64,000 nucleotides of DNA from an uncultured Rikenellaceae bacterium. GTDB lineage: Bacteria; Bacteroidota; Bacteroidia; Bacteroidales; VadinHA17. The stretch is from positions 15,756-79,755 of the forward strand of contig CAZXGG010000006.1 of NCBI GenBank assembly GCA_964640125.1, in the 5' to 3' direction. A program made the position numbers and the translations under genes. This document shows, in pieces, positions 62,206 through 64,000 of the stretch (positions within the stretch are counted from its first letter, which is position 1; every line of letters begins with the position of its first letter). A model generated the notes under the pieces. The model saw nothing but the letters and a program-made list of their open reading frames with translations, was not told the origin of the DNA and made no database searches.

Positions 62206-64000
62206 TTATTGTATCACGATTTTAGCCATTTCTCCATCTCCGGATTTTAAAATGTATAATCCGGGAGGTAGATCATGAACATCCAATTCCTGAACATCCC
62301 TTCTTTCCTTCCACATTCTGCCCGTCATGTCATAGAGTCGTACTGAGATCATTTTATTAAAATGCATCACCCCATATTGAACCGGATTGGGATAAACAAT
62401 AAGAGATTCATCCGTTGAACCCAATCCTTGAATTGCTGTCAGCGTATTGCTGTAACCGGGCGTAGAAACAATATAAGCGATCCATGCTGTTCCTCCATCT
62501 GTTTCCCTGCCATAAGAAATATCATCGATCTGACTTCCGAAAGCAAGGTAATCAATCAATAAAGAATTCCGCAAAGCAGATTCAAATATTCCAATCTCTT
62601 CACCGGATTTTTCCAATCTGAAATTTGCATGAAGGGGTCCCTGACCGTTCTGTCCATCGGTCCAGATAAGGATGAAGTCACCCGGTCCTAAAATGGAATC
62701 GGGCAGTAACCACCGCAATGGATTTTGAAGATCATCCGATAAATACTTATCACCCAGCCATACAGGATTGGGGTCCCGGTTGTAGAGTTCAACCCAATCA
62801 TCGTACTCACCATATTCGTCCGCAAAGGTTATATCATTCCCTGCCATAAACTCATTGATCACCAGGTCAGGATCACTGTTTTCAAACGCATGGATCAGAT
62901 CAGACCGGCAGGGTTCCCTGTATTCACCTGCTCCATCCGTATCATTCACGGTAACCTGATAATTGATCCGGCTTTCGACAGGTACCGGATCCAGTGAAAC
63001 AGTATAGATCTGATCGCCAGAGATTTGATCAAAGTCCAAACCGTTATCCTGCATTTGGAGGATTTCTTCCGGTCCACCATTCACCGAATATACCAGTTCA
63101 ACCCCGGTCAGTGGAGTATCATCAGATACATGAGCAGATATCACGGGTAGTTCGCCTAATCTTGGGTGATTGGACAGGATATACTTGATGACAGGCAGTG
63201 TATTATGGATTTCCAGTTGCTCCTTTGCTGCCTCCATTCTGGTTGTGATGTAGGGTTTTAATCCATAGGCAACATGCCCCCCGAGTGGTTCATCAAACGA
63301 TTGGTGGAAGTCTTCTATGGTATAGCCGTAATTTAGCGGATACCAGGGATCATTATGCAGAGAAGGTGTGATCATTGTATGCAGGGAGTCAATTCGGGGA
63401 AAAAGCAGAGCCGTATCCATAATTTCTGTTACCAGCTGCTGAACATACCGGGAGAATTGATCCCTGTATTGCTGAACCTCCAGTATACGGGTGTGAAGGG
63501 GTCTGCTTTCTCCATGTTTTGCCCAATCATAAATATCCCGAACACCCCAATCCCTGCCGATCCAGTCAATACCCAACGTGTTATCAAGATCGTAAGGTAT
63601 AAATTCAAACTTCCCGGTCGCTGTATTATGGTACAAATAGAAATTATTTTTATTATAGGAATATCCGTCCCAGTTACCGCTCACCACATCAAAAGCAAGG
63701 ATTTTCAGAAAATCGTCCACATTGAACAGGGTTTCAATTTCGCACGGCAGATCTTCTATTGGTGCTGTGTTGAGCAGTTGGATGAATTGATAGAGATCAT
63801 CATAATTATCCCGTTCGACATTGGTTCTTAAATCGTATGCCCGCCGGTCTCCACTGGTGAATTTATAGTCATCCGGGTTGGTGCTGAAGAAATCTAAATC
63901 GGCAGGCCAGAGGCATTTATACAAATTACCTCCCCTGTTTCCAAACCGGGAAAAAACAAATTGTTCATCAATATGTTCCACGTTGATATAGAGTCCATAA
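62206..64000 (-). CDS. CotH-family protein with lamin-tail (LTD) domain and T9SS C-terminal sorting domain (N-terminus off window)
   Basis: The reading frame stays open past the GTG at 63981 to the window edge (...YGLYINVEHIDEQF). CotH-like 'NNFYLYHN...FEFIPYDLDNTLG'. LTD 'VINEFMAGND...DDWVELYN'. CTD 'VYPNPVQYG...GLYILKSGDGEMAKIVIQ'. Confidence 0.75.
   Translation of the reverse strand, partial: YGLYINVEHIDEQFVFSRFGNRGGNLYKCLWPADLDFFSTNPDDYKFTSGDRRAYDLRTNVERDNYDDLYQFIQLLNTAPIEDLPCEIETLFNVDDFLKILAFDVVSGNWDGYSYNKNNFYLYHNTATGKFEFIPYDLDNTLGIDWIGRDWGVRDIYDWAKHGESRPLHTRILEVQQYRDQFSRYVQQLVTEIMDTALLFPRIDSLHTMITPSLHNDPWYPLNYGYTIEDFHQSFDEPLGGHVAYGLKPYITTRMEAAKEQLEIHNTLPVIKYILSNHPRLGELPVISAHVSDDTPLTGVELVYSVNGGPEEILQMQDNGLDFDQISGDQIYTVSLDPVPVESRINYQVTVNDTDGAGEYREPCRSDLIHAFENSDPDLVINEFMAGNDITFADEYGEYDDWVELYNRDPNPVWLGDKYLSDDLQNPLRWLLPDSILGPGDFILIWTDGQNGQGPLHANFRLEKSGEEIGIFESALRNSLLIDYLAFGSQIDDISYGRETDGGTAWIAYIVSTPGYSNTLTAIQGLGSTDESLIVYPNPVQYGVMHFNKMISVRLYDMTGRMWKERRDVQELDVHDLPPGLYILKSGDGEMAKIVIQ

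Noticed and set aside
1-64000. Scan for CRISPR arrays, rRNA/tRNA genes, transposases, integrases, phage or toxin-antitoxin/defence modules.
   Set aside because: I saw no regularly spaced direct repeats, no tRNA-like 'GGTTCGAATCC' arms in intergenic regions, and no DDE/tyrosine-recombinase motifs in any ORF. So I make no mobile-element or defence-island claim.

Overview
The window looks like Bacteroidota chromosome. Evidence: a SusC/SusD pair, T9SS C-terminal sorting domains, TAnnTTTG-type promoter boxes and Bacteroidetes-style TonB C-terminal domains. It splits into three parts.

(1) 1..37565 is one large biosynthetic gene cluster in six back-to-back transcription units.
- Its core matches the flexirubin / aryl-polyene type II PKS-FAS toolkit: an MIO ammonia-lyase, two Cys-His-His ketosynthases, FabG, ACPs, a PlsC acyltransferase, an MMPL exporter fusion, a GT2, a CrtI-like oxidoreductase, a C45 acyltransferase/hydrolase, an O-methyltransferase and a hotdog thioesterase.
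- It also carries unusual additions: four paralogous cobalamin-type (class B) radical SAM enzymes, a sulfotransferase, a BtrH_N protein with its own ACP, a PaaK-like ligase, a FabD-like acyltransferase lacking the malonyl-binding Arg, a KSIII-like protein lacking the His/Asn of the triad, two crotonases plus a 3-hydroxyacyl-CoA dehydrogenase, two PPTases (one degenerate), and an embedded outer-membrane receptor island.
- This is my best candidate for an undescribed system.

(2) 37714..47878 holds housekeeping and regulatory genes. These are a MutS-related ATPase, a DUF1987/SiaC-like protein, a tandem USP, an ECF sigma with an anti-sigma carrying a TonB_C domain, a TonB, a VIT-vWA-TonB_C fusion, a cupin and a LacI regulator.

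(3) 48206..64000 is an alpha-glucan-type polysaccharide utilisation locus. It contains SusC, a SusD with an inserted SusE/F-like module, a SusE/F-like lipoprotein, a GH53 and three GH13 enzymes (one T9SS-secreted). A partial CotH-LTD-T9SS protein follows.

I saw no rRNA, tRNA, CRISPR array or transposase/integrase. All calls rest on reading motifs in the supplied translations and DNA by eye; no searches were run.
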